The notes under the pieces were generated by a model. It did not search any database. It was given only the letters and a program-made list of their open reading frames with translations, and was not told where the DNA came from. Of a stretch of 64,000 bases of DNA, positions 53,101-64,000 are shown in pieces. Position numbers and translations under genes: made by a program. Where the stretch lies: positions 960,001 to 1,024,000 of the forward strand of contig CAWGMQ010000003.1 in the NCBI GenBank assembly GCA_963823665.1, written 5' to 3'. Source of the DNA: an uncultured Planctomycetota bacterium (lineage in GTDB: Bacteria > Planctomycetota > Planctomycetia > Isosphaerales > Isosphaeraceae). Position 1 is the first letter of the stretch. Each line of letters starts with the position of its first letter.

Positions 53101-54993
53101 AGCGCGTACCGCTCCACAGCGGCATCGACGCCGAGGTCGAAGACATCGCCGCAGTCGTGCTGCCGCCGCACGCGGAGGTCGGGCAGACAGAGGGCGGCGA
53201 TGGCGTGGTTGCGGATCTCCGGCAGCAGCTTCCGGCCCTCGGGATCGGCTGCAAGGATCCGCGCGGCCTGGGCGAGCCGGTCGAGGCTCTCGAAACGCTG
53301 GCCGCTCAGTCCCGTGCGCTGGAGCGCCGCCCCCTCGGAGAGCAGCGACTGGCCCAGTGCCAGTTGACCCTCGCGCTCGGCCTTCTCGGTCCGGGCGAGC
53401 CGATCGTTCGCGGTCCGTTCAGCCTGCAAGGCACGAGTCAGGTTCGCCTGAGTCTTGCCCTGCTCGATCTCCAGCGTCATGCGCTGATCGCGGTAAACCC
53501 ACGCCGCCACGCTCGAGCCGACCAGCAGAGCCGTGGCCAGCATGACGGCGAGGATGCTCGCCGCGGCCAGGCCCGGGTTGCGCCTCGACCACCGCCAGAG
53601 CCGCTCCACCGGCCCGACTCGGCGCGACCGGATCGGACGGCTCTCCAGGTAGCGCCGCAGCTCATCATGCAGCTCGCCTGCCGAGCGGAACCGGTTCTTG
53701 GGGTCCTTGGCGAGTGCCTTGAGCACGATTGTCTCCAGGTCCCGAGGGATCCGGCGGTCGTGCTGCCTGAGCGGAGCCGGCGGCTCGCGCGTGACCTGGT
53801 CGACGAGGCGGGCCTGATCGCGCTGGGCAAAGGCGGGCTGCAGGGTCAGAAGCTCGTAGAGCGCCGCACCCAGAGAGTAAACGTCGCCCAGCGGCGAGGT
53901 GACGCCGCGAAACCGCTCAGGAGCCATGAATCGAAGCGTCCCGACCAGGTCGTGTGACTGCGAGAGGTCGTCTCCCTCGACCACCTTGGCCAGCCCGAAA
54001 TCGGTGACCCAGACATTCCCTCGAGTGTCGAGCAGCAGATTAGGGGGCTTGATGTCGCGGTGGATTACCCCCTGACGGTGTGCGTACTCAAGCGCGTCGG
54101 CGACCTGTGCGCCCAGGCGAGCGATCTCCCGGAAATAGACCGCTTCGGGCTGGCCGGCGAACGAGCCGCTACTCGAATCGGCTCCGCCGCCGGATGGGGC
54201 CTCGACCGTGCCACGGATCCCATCCGGGGCGCCGGAGGTCGCAGGCTGGGTTGCGCCGCCGGCCGCGGTCGCGTCCGGCACGTCTCCGACGGAAGCCGCC
54301 GCGGAATCTGTGAACCGCCCGGTCAACAGGCCGTGGGTAATTCCGAAGAGCGGGTCCGCGCCCGCGTCGGTCACCGTCAATTGTCGCGCTGCTCCGGTCG
54401 CCGCCGCGGCCTCGCCGCCGGCCGGGGCGCGCAGAGCGGCGCACATCCTCCAGCACCCGCTCCAGCCCTACTCCGTCGATGCATTGCATCGCGTAATAGC
54501 AGACGCCGTCCTGCTCGCCGTAGTCGAAGACCGGCACGATGTTGGTGTGATGCAGCTTCGCCGCCGATCGGGCCTCGGTCTGAAATCGGCGCACGTAGGC
54601 CCGGTCGGCACGGAACCGCGGATGCATCACCTTCAATGCCACGCGGTTCTTGAGCGACTCGTGCTCGGCCTCGTAAACAATCCCCATGCCGCCGCGGCCC
54701 AGCTCGGCTAGCAAGGTGTAGTCGCCCAACCTTTGCGCAAGACTGCTGGCGCGGGCCGGCGCGGAGATTTCGCCCGCGCTGTCCGAGAGTGCCACGCGGT
54801 CCTCGGGCGTGGGCACCAGCCCCTCGATGAACTCAAGCGCCGGGAAGAGGTCAAGGATCCGCGCGGCGAGCTCCGGATGGCGCGCGGCGTACTCGGCCGC
54901 GGTCGGGTGCTCCCCTTGCCGCCGCCGCCTCAGATACTCCTCGGCGAGCCGCTCGACCGGATCCAGGCCCGACGGGGATGCGTTGCAGTCCAT
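50145..54993 (-). CDS. Ser/Thr protein kinase with WD40 and TPR repeats; frameshift near 54445
   Basis: LGRGGMGIVY, VALK, HRDIKPPN, DFG, MAPE; FSPDG WD40 units; C-terminal TPRs. Confidence 0.92.
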
Positions 54994-55050
54994 GGTCGCT
55001 CCGTTCGCGAGGCGGCTTGCCTGAAATGACGTCCCGTGGACGCCGCTGCC

Positions 55051-55689
55051 CTAGTCGTCAAGAAGTCCCGGCATGCCCTTGAGCATTGCCTTGAGGCGCT
55101 CCAGGGCGCGGATGTATCGGTTGCTGGCCGCCGTCTTCGACAGGCCCAGGACCAGGGCGACCTCGCCATTGGAGAGCCCCTCGAAGTGGCGCAGCGCCAG
55201 CACCTCGCGGTCGAAGGGCTCCATTGAGTTAAGCATCTCCTGGAGCTTCAACTGCATCTCGGCGCGGCGGGCGGCGCGGGTCGGCGAGGTCAGCCGGCCC
55301 AGCAGCATCTCGGCCAGCGAGGCCGAGTTCGCCTGGGGCGTGGCACGGTGGCGGAGCGACACTTCCCGGCCGGCGTCGCGCATCTGGGCTTTCAGGTGAT
55401 GGCGGTGCAGGGCGTGGAGCATTTTCGCGGTCTGAAAGCGGATCCAGAGGAATGGGGGCATGGCCTCCTGGGCGAAGTACTCCCCCGCCCGCCGGGCCAC
55501 CTCGAGATACGCGTCCTGAAGGACGTCTGACGAATCAATCCGTCCCTGAAGCCGGTGGTCAAGCCGAAGCCGGATCATGCGCCGAAGCCGCTCACGGTGT
55601 CGGGCGAAAAGTTCCGACAGCGCGAGCGCGTCCCCCCGCTCCAGGCGGACAAGCAAGTCGTCATCCTCGCGGTCGTTCGAACCCGTCAT
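55051..55689 (-). CDS. ECF sigma-70 factor, planctomycete STK-associated type
   Basis: HRERLRRMIRLRLD.RLQGRIDSSDVLQD, RDAGRE, TSPT, DREVLALRHFE.LSN, SNRYIRAL. Confidence 0.92.
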   Translation of the reverse strand: MTGSNDREDDDLLVRLERGDALALSELFARHRERLRRMIRLRLDHRLQGRIDSSDVLQDAYLEVARRAGEYFAQEAMPPFLWIRFQTAKMLHALHRHHLKAQMRDAGREVSLRHRATPQANSASLAEMLLGRLTSPTRAARRAEMQLKLQEMLNSMEPFDREVLALRHFEGLSNGEVALVLGLSKTAASNRYIRALERLKAMLKGMPGLLDD

Positions 55690-56042
55690 GACACTTCCCA
55701 TTAAAGGATAACCGCACACCGAGGCCGATTGTCCACAGGATCCACTCCTTCTCCGATATTTCATTCGCATGCAATCATTACCGCCTCTTGACTTGGCGGC
55801 GCGGATTCTTGGACAAAGCGGGGCCGGCCTGTGGACAATCGGCCTCGGCGAGTCGTTCTCAAGAGTAGAGCGGTCATTGATCGAGGCGGCCTGCGGACAG
55901 TGAGCCGCTAAGCTATCGGGTCCGGTGAGCTGGCTAGCTGCGCCACGCAGGACGACGGCCGCGATCAAAGCGCGGTTCGGCAATCCTCGCAGGCACGTCC
56001 ACGGACAAATCCTTGCCAGTATGCCTTACAGGGAGACAGGCC

Positions 56043-56900
56043 ATGCGCTTTTCGATCTTCAGCACCGCAGTGGCGATTGCGGCCGTTGCAGGCTCTACGG
56101 CCGCGAACGCATCGTCCGTCATTTTTATTAACGCGCAAGTTAATGGCGCTTCTACGGCCGGTGGCGGACCGCAGAATCCGGACGTCTTGCCCGGCGCGTT
56201 TCTTCCAGATATCTATTCACCGAAGAATCAGTTAACGCTTACGGCAGGGTCTTACCTCATCACGAACGGGGCTACTTCGGGGTACTACTCCGCCTGGAAT
56301 TACGAAGGGTATCCGAGCTCACCCAACTGGGCTTGGAGCTTCTTGATCGCCGACGACACGACGAGTAAGGTGCTGGTCGACGGATGGGTCGGAGTAAACG
56401 AACCCACGCAAGCGGCGATGGCGGGCGTGACCGGCACCACAACCTGGGATGGCCTTACGGAATTGTCGGCAACGTCGACAGCGGGCTTCACCTACACGCT
56501 AACTCTAACGCACACGACGACGCTTGATTTCTTGATCGACGACTATTACTTACCAGACAATGGCGGCGGAGTGGCGCTCAATATCTCTTCGTCTTCAGTT
56601 CCAGAACCGTCGGCAGTCACGCTGTTGGGCGCTGCCGTGGTTATCGGCATCTGCTACGCCGGGTCGCGATGGCGTGGCCCAGTCGTTCGGGAGCGAAACA
56701 GGAACGAGCGGGGCCGTACCGCTGGCCCGGCGGGAGAGGCGGATCGGTTGCTGATTGGCTCGCCTTGCGCGGTCGGGTCTCCGGCGGGACGGTGTACAGC
56801 AGGCCAAGCTGATCGACCGTTTGCCGTACCCACTCATCCCCGCCACACGGCTGTCCCCTTTCCATGCTCAGGCGCGCGCGGTTCAGTCGGGTGTCTTTGA
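56043..56900 (+). CDS. PEP-CTERM sorting domain protein; ORF reads on beyond the usual end (~56700)
   Basis: Signal peptide; VPEPS-AVTLLGAAVVIGICYAG-SRWR. Confidence 0.8.
   Translation: MRFSIFSTAVAIAAVAGSTAANASSVIFINAQVNGASTAGGGPQNPDVLPGAFLPDIYSPKNQLTLTAGSYLITNGATSGYYSAWNYEGYPSSPNWAWSFLIADDTTSKVLVDGWVGVNEPTQAAMAGVTGTTTWDGLTELSATSTAGFTYTLTLTHTTTLDFLIDDYYLPDNGGGVALNISSSSVPEPSAVTLLGAAVVIGICYAGSRWRGPVVRERNRNERGRTAGPAGEADRLLIGSPCAVGSPAGRCTAGQADRPFAVPTHPRHTAVPFPCSGARGSVGCL
56760..56895 (-). mobile_element. C-terminal remnant of a REP-associated (Y1/HUH) tyrosine transposase-like gene
   Basis: RLNRARLSMERGQPCGGDEWVRQTVDQLGLLYTVPPETRPRK resembles the RGRPFG..W.......LGL..T.RP.GRPRK tail of such transposases. 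Confidence 0.5.
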
Positions 56901-57140
56901 GTCAGCCTTCAGAGATCGAGCCGAAGACCCGGCGCGGAGCCCGATGTTCGCCGGGAGACTCGTGTCCGAGCCGGGCCGCAAGAGGCCCGCCGTACGACCT
57001 TCGGTGCCCCGTCCGGGCACTGAGACAGCCTGCGCGCCGATCCAGCCGTCGCGGAGACGGGCGCGTACCGGTACGAGCTGGGTCTCCAGTGACTTGTTCG
57101 CTCGGTTCCCCTTCTCTTCGCCAGATAAGGAGCCACGGTC

Positions 57141-58985
57141 ATGAGACTTCAATTACCCGGGATTCAGCGGCAACGCCGGAATTCGCGGCCTTCGTTCTGG
57201 ACAGCCGCAGCGCGGTCCCGAAGGCCGATCACGCGGCTCCGGGTCGAGGGCCTGGAGTCGCGCTGCCTGTTGTCGGTGGCCATCAACGAATTCGCCGTCC
57301 CCACGATCGGCAGCGGCCCGGTCGGGATCACGGCTGGACCCGACGGCAACCTCTGGTTCACCGAATACAACAGCAACAAGATCGGTGAGATCAACCCCAC
57401 AACCCACGCCATCACCGAGTTCCCCATCCCCGACGCCGAACTCACAACCGGGTCATATGGGATCACGACGGGGGCCGACGGCAACCTCTGGTTCACCGAG
57501 GAGGCGGGCAACAAGATCGGTCAAATCAACCCCACGACCCACGCGGTCACCGAGTTCCCCCTCCCCAGTGGCGCCACGGGCCCGACTGGGATCACGGCCG
57601 GACCTGACGGCAACCTCTGGTTCACGATCGACAACAACGAGATCGGACAGATCAACCCCACGACCCACGCCATCACCGTGTTCTCACCATCCGTCGCCAG
57701 ATCTGCAAGCGAACCCGCCGGAATCACGGTTGGGCCCGACGGCAACCTCTGGTTCACCGAGTTCGACAGCAACTTCATCGGCCAGTTCAATCCCACGACC
57801 CACACTTACACCGAATTCCCCATCCCTACGTCCGACGCCGGCCCGAACGCGATCGCGGCCGGGTCCGACGGAAACCTATGGTTCACCGAGCGCGATGCGG
57901 ACAAGATCGGCGTCATCAATCCCACGACCCACGCCTTCACGGAGCTCACCGTCCCCACGCCCAATAGCTCCCCAACCGGGATCACTGCAGGACCTGACGG
58001 CGACGTCTGGTTCACGGAGGGGAGCGGTGACCATGTCGGTCAAATCAACCCAGCGACGCACGCGATCACCGAATTCCCGGTCCTCACGACCGAGAGCGAA
58101 CCGGACGGGATTGCGGCCGGGCCCGACGGCAACCTCTGGTTCACCGAATCCGCCGAGGGCGGCAACATTGGCGAGGTGCTGGGTGTGCCCACTTCCGATC
58201 TGTCCGTCTCGGGTAATGTCCCCGGCTCGGTGACCCAGGGTAGCAACGTGACCGACACGCTGACGGTGACCAACAACGGCACCGGCGGTGCGACCGGTGT
58301 GACGCTGACCGACACGCTGCCGTCGGGAGTGACGTTCGTCGCGGCCACGGGCGGGGTCAAACCTGTGAACGGCGTGCTGACTGTCGCCCTCGGCAACCTG
58401 GCCGCAGGTGCCAGCACGACTGTGAGCATCGTCGTCGCTCCCGACGCCGCTGGTACACTGACCAACCGTGCCATCGTCAACATTAGCCAGAGCGGCCCGG
58501 CCCGGGTCGTTGCCAGTCTCACCCAAATGATCACGGTCACGGCCGCGAAGGCGGGCGGCCCTGTCGGTACGGGCACCGGCCCTACCATCGTCTCAATGCA
58601 GCGGTTTGGCTTCCACGAAATGCCGACGACCGTGGTCCTGACCTTTGACCAGGCGCTCGATGCGACCACCGCCCAGGACGCGGGGGATTATCGCATCATC
58701 GGCCCCGCCGGACGGACGATCGCCATCAAGAAGGCGGTGTACGACCCGGCGAATTTCACGGTGACACTGCGTCCGATCGAGCGGATCAGCATTCACCACC
58801 GCTACGAGTTGATCGTCGACGGCACGGCCCCACACGGCGTGACCAACACGCGGGGCCTGTTGCTCGACGGCAGCGACAGCGGCTCTGCGGATGGCGACTA
58901 CCGCGCGCCTCTAACCTGGCGAAACCTGGTGCTCGACCCGCCCGATTCGCACACCTTCCACCGGTCCAGGAGTGACACGCTGTAG
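57141..58985 (+). CDS. Secreted Vgb (virginiamycin B lyase)-like beta-propeller + DUF11 Ig-like domain protein
   Basis: N-terminal LRVEGLESRCLLS; seven GI..G.DG.LWFT repeats; DL.V...LTVTNNG..ATGVTLTDTLP. Confidence 0.88.
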   Translation: MRLQLPGIQRQRRNSRPSFWTAAARSRRPITRLRVEGLESRCLLSVAINEFAVPTIGSGPVGITAGPDGNLWFTEYNSNKIGEINPTTHAITEFPIPDAELTTGSYGITTGADGNLWFTEEAGNKIGQINPTTHAVTEFPLPSGATGPTGITAGPDGNLWFTIDNNEIGQINPTTHAITVFSPSVARSASEPAGITVGPDGNLWFTEFDSNFIGQFNPTTHTYTEFPIPTSDAGPNAIAAGSDGNLWFTERDADKIGVINPTTHAFTELTVPTPNSSPTGITAGPDGDVWFTEGSGDHVGQINPATHAITEFPVLTTESEPDGIAAGPDGNLWFTESAEGGNIGEVLGVPTSDLSVSGNVPGSVTQGSNVTDTLTVTNNGTGGATGVTLTDTLPSGVTFVAATGGVKPVNGVLTVALGNLAAGASTTVSIVVAPDAAGTLTNRAIVNISQSGPARVVASLTQMITVTAAKAGGPVGTGTGPTIVSMQRFGFHEMPTTVVLTFDQALDATTAQDAGDYRIIGPAGRTIAIKKAVYDPANFTVTLRPIERISIHHRYELIVDGTAPHGVTNTRGLLLDGSDSGSADGDYRAPLTWRNLVLDPPDSHTFHRSRSDTL

Positions 58986-59060
58986 CAGGGTCCGCGCAGC
59001 AACCAGGGCCTCGCGCATGCAGCGCAGCCCGGCCGCCGCTGCTTTGAGGAGCCAATCCGA

Positions 59061-59273
59061 ATGTGTTCAGCCAAGCGATCGACTCGAATCCTGGGAATGC
59101 TCGTCTTGCTGGCTTGTCTGGCGGGCGTCGTCGGGTTTTCCGTACCTGGGTGTTCCGGCAGAGGAGATAGCTCGACCGTTTCGCCGGAGGCCCAGGCCAA
59201 GGCGAAGGAGAACTTCAAGAAGAGGTTCGGCAATTTCGACGAGAAGACAACGGGCCGCAAGACTTCGCGATGA
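59061..59273 (+). CDS. Small putative lipoprotein
   Basis: Hydrophobic signal ending VPGC; Lys-rich tail; precedes the DUF1559 gene. Confidence 0.6.
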   Translation: MCSAKRSTRILGMLVLLACLAGVVGFSVPGCSGRGDSSTVSPEAQAKAKENFKKRFGNFDEKTTGRKTSR

Positions 59274-59332
59274 AATCAATCATTCCTCACTCAGCGGCGG
59301 GCCGCCGCCGTGAAACGTAGAAGGAGACCGCC

Positions 59333-60414
<1,082 letters not shown>

Positions 60415-60433
60415 GTGCCTCGAGCTCGATCAT

Positions 60434-63400
60434 TCACTCGGCCGGCGCGGTTCTGCTGCCGTCCCAGAGCTTGACCACGCCGTCGCGCCCGGCCGAGTAC
60501 AGCCGCAGATCACCGGGGGCGAAGAGGACGGCCGAGACACGGCCGCCATGGCCGTCCAGCGACAACGTCTCATGTCCCCCGGTGGCGTCCCAGACCTGCA
60601 CGACGGCGTCGGAGCCGCAGGTGGCGATCCGCTGGCTGTCGGAGCTGAAGCTCAGGGAGTCCACCCCGCGCGGGCACTCGACCTGGGCGGAGATCGCGCC
60701 GCGAGGATGCATCCCAGATCAGGATCTTGCCTCCCACGTCCGTTGCGCCACCGCCTCCTGCCAGGAGCCGGCCGTCGGGGCTGAAGGCGAGGCTCGTGAG
60801 CTGGTGCGGGTGGGACAGCGGCCCCAGGCGCCGGCCGGCCGGATGTGGCGGACCAGACCCGAACCGTGCGATCCATGCCGCCTGAGGCCAGGGCGGTGCC
60901 GGTGGGGTCATAGGCCAGGGCCGAGATCGAGGCGCCGTGGTCGAGCGGAGGGAGGTCGGCTCGCCCCGTGGCAGGGTCCCAGGTGCGCACCAAGCCATCC
61001 TCGCCTCCGGTGGCGATCTGATGGCCGTCCGGCCGGACGGCCACCGAGTAGACCGCTCCCGCGCGGCCATCCAGCGTGCGCAGGGGTTCGCCTCCGGCCT
61101 CGGGGTCCCAGATCTTGATCAGGCCGTCTCCGCCCACCGAAACCAGCCGCGGCACCGCTCGGGCGCTGGCACGAAAGCCACGCCAAACACCGCCAGACCA
61201 TGCCCGCTGAGAGTTTGGAGGACTCGGCCTGCGGGCATGTCCCACACGACGATCGTGCCGTCCTCGCGGCCCAGGGCCAGCAGCCGCTCGTCGGGGCTGG
61301 CCGCGAGCCGGCGGATCGGTCCCAGGCTCGCGGCAACCGTCGCGCCGTCGAGGCTTCGGGCCAGAGCGGACCACGTGGATCTGATCACCGACGGCCATCG
61401 CCAGCTTGTGCCCTCCCGCCCCGAAGGCCAGCGAGAACGGCGAATAGTTGACCTGCTCTCGAACAGGTCGAGGATCTGGCCTCTCTGGACGTCGAGCAGT
61501 CCAGCCCTGCCGGCATCACCGGCCCATTGCGAGCGTTCGCCCGACCGGGCTGAACGCCACGACGACGACGCGGATCCCCCCTCCCCGCAGGGCTCGGCGG
61601 GGCTCGTGAGGCTTCTCCAGGTCGAGGATTTCGATCCCGCGCAACTCGTTCCGCCAGGGCGAGCTGCCGGCCGTCGGGGCTGATCGAGCAATCCCTCGGA
61701 TGTTGCCGCCGAGCTGGACCTGATCACGCAGTCGACGTGTTGCGACATCCCAGATCATCACCCACTGGTCCATGCCCCGCGGATACGATGGTTTGGCCGT
61801 CCGGACCGTAGGTCGCGATCGTGCCTCTGATGGGCTCCGGGCCGTTCGTGACGACGTCGCCCGGAGCGATCCCCTCCTCCTGGTGACTGTGCCGGAGGTC
61901 GAACTCGCGTTCTCCGGTCCTGACGTCCCACTGCACGATCAGGCCGCCCGTGTCGGCCGAGAGCAGGTGGCGGCTGTCGGGGCTGAAGGCGACTGACCGG
62001 AGGCCACTCTCATGCCCGGCCAGGGCTCGTTCCCGGCCCGTCTCGAGCTCCCAGAGCCGGAGACCGCCGCCCGCATCCCCAGCAGCCAGCCAACGCCCAT
62101 CCGGGCTGACTGCCACGCAATGGACCGACACCTCCCTTGCCCGTGAATTCGTGAAGCTGCCCGGCGACTGGACAGGTCCCAGACCCGCACGGTTCCGTCC
62201 TCGCCACCCGAGACCACGCGGTTGCCGTCCGGGTGGAAGGCCACGCAGATCACCGCCTTCCGGTGCCCGAGAAGACGGATCGGCGTTTGATCGCAGAGGT
62301 TCGCCAGGTAGTACCACTCGAAGCTGCGGAGATCGCCCAGCGCGCTGGGACCGGTTCGGTAGGCCTTCAACTGCTCGCGGACCTGGTAGATCAAGCCGTC
62401 GTCGAGCGCGCGGCGGGCCAGGTTCATGTCGGCGGCATAGCGGCCCCGGTTGGCCATGTCCCGCTCCTTCCAGAGCTGGAGCGTGAACCAGATGCCGCCC
62501 CCGATCAGCCCGAAGAGCGCCAGGTGCAACACCAGCACCAGCGCCGCGAGCTCCGGCCGCCGCTTGACCCACTTGACCGCCTTCTCCCACGCCGGGACCG
62601 GCCGCGCCGTGATCGGCATGCCCGCCAGCCAGCGTTCCAGGTCCTCGGCCAGCGCCTCGGCCGAGCCGTACCGCCGCGCCGGCTCTTTCGCCAGGCACTT
62701 CAGGCAGATCGTCTCCAGGTCCCGGTCGAGCTTGGGATTGATCGAGCGCGGCCGCGCCGGCTCCTGGTCCAGCACCTGACGCATGATCTCCCCGGCCGAG
62801 TCGCCCGCGAACGGCGTCTGGCCGGTGAGCGCCTCGTAGAGCGTCGCGCCCAGGCTGTAGATATCGGCCGCCGTCGTCACCGACTTGGTGCCGCCGCGGG
62901 CCTGCTCGGGCGGCATGTAGGCGGGCGTGCCCATCACCGCGCCGGTCACGCGTCGCCGCCGTGCCGCTGTCGGGCCCGATCCGCTTGGCCAGTCCGAAGT
63001 CGGTCACGTACGGCTCGTCGTGCTCGGCCAGCAGGATGTTCGACGGCTTGATATCCCGGTGCAGGATCGTTCGCTGGTGGGCGTAGTGGACGGCGCGGGC
63101 GACCTTGGCGATCGAGCGCCGCCACGGCGCGCGGGTCGTCCTTGAGACGCTCGATGTGCTGCGTCAGGTTCCCGCCCTCGATCAGCTTCATGCTGAAGTA
63201 GGGTTGGTCGTCTTCCTGGCCGATCTCGTAGATCGGGATGATGTGCGGGTGGTCGAGCTCGGCGATCGCCTCGGCCTCTTGCCGGAAGCGGCGGAGATCG
63301 TCGGCGCCGGCCAGCGAACCGGAGCGGATCAGCTTGAGGGCAACCAGGCGATTGAGCTTGTCCTGACGCGCCCGATACACGACCCCCATGCCGCCTCGGG

Positions 63401-63740
63401 CGATTTCCTCGAGCAGCTCATACTCACCCAGGAAGCGGGGGAATCGAGCGGCAGGACGGATTGCCGCAGATTCGGCCCTCGACGAAGCTCCTTGGGCGGT
63501 GACGAGGTCATCCGCGTTCCGTGACGTGGGACGCTCCTCGTGAGCGGGGAGAGGTCGATTGGCCAGGACCTCAGTTCCTGCGAGGTCGGGCTGCTGGGTG
63601 GATGCCAGACCTTTCGTGATCGCGCCATCCGGGTCCAGGGGTGCGTGCTGAAGCTCGGTCGGTGGTGAACAGTCAGGGTTCGAGGATTCGCTCGCCATCG
63701 ATGATGCAACTCCGCCGGGAGACCGCGAGTCATTCGCCAT
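60434..63740 (-). CDS. Ser/Thr protein kinase with WD40 repeats; many frameshifts (artefact or pseudogene); start approximate
   Basis: [50 protein letters not shown]40 units spread across frames. Confidence 0.85.
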
Positions 63741-63812
63741 GAAGTGTCGCGCGTTCTTCGCGTGGCGACAAGCCTGATCCGCCTCGAATCTCCCGGGGGT
63801 CAGACGGTGTTC

Positions 63813-64000
63813 CACGCTCATAAAGGTCCGAACATCGCCGGCATCGATCCCAGGACCAGAAGAATCGTGCCGCTGGTCAATCTGCGACGTAACAAATGGT
63901 CGCGGCATTTTTGTTGGGATGGGCCGGTGCTGGTGGGCCTCACGCCGGCCGGTCGTGCGACCGTCGATGTCCTGAAGATCAACCTCGATCATCGTGTTGG
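63813..64000 (+). pseudogene. C-terminal part of an HNH-endonuclease-family gene, apparently lacking its N-terminus; runs off the window
   Basis: [57 protein letters not shown]. Confidence 0.55.

Noticed and set aside
57290..58190. CRISPR-like GACGGCAACCTCTGGTTCACC repeats
   Set aside because: These are in-frame coding repeats of a beta-propeller
57141..58985. Streptogramin resistance gene vgb
   Set aside because: Secreted multi-domain architecture; fold similarity only

Overview
GC-rich bacterial window with hallmark Planctomycetota features, most likely Isosphaeraceae/Singulisphaera-like (inferred from DUF1559, an LESRCLL-motif secreted protein, ECF sigma factors with long C-terminal extensions, ECF-STK-WD40 pairs and a PEP-CTERM protein). 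No rRNA, tRNA or CRISPR array was seen. Left to right: a repeat-bearing hypothetical gene; four tandem secreted TPR paralogues; a ThuA/Gfo-Idh-MocA/FGE-like/ApbE cluster; a membrane-anchored ECF sigma factor and partner; yggU-yggS; a candidate multi-hairpin ncRNA (24.45-24.68 kb); amidohydrolase, aminotransferase, peptidase, SGNH and lactate monooxygenase-like genes; a duplicated putative defence module (GNAT toxin-antitoxin + SEFIR/TIR-STAND ATPase-TPR + small ORF) flanking a GH95 gene; a DsbD-N-domain protein; a co-oriented ECF sigma / Ser-Thr kinase-WD40-TPR / truncated-globin-ankyrin trio; surface proteins; a DUF1559 gene; and a second STK-WD40 gene. Many genes carry 1-2 nt frameshifts that look like long-read assembly errors, so pseudogene calls are uncertain. 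All family assignments come from motif recognition by eye, not from database searches.
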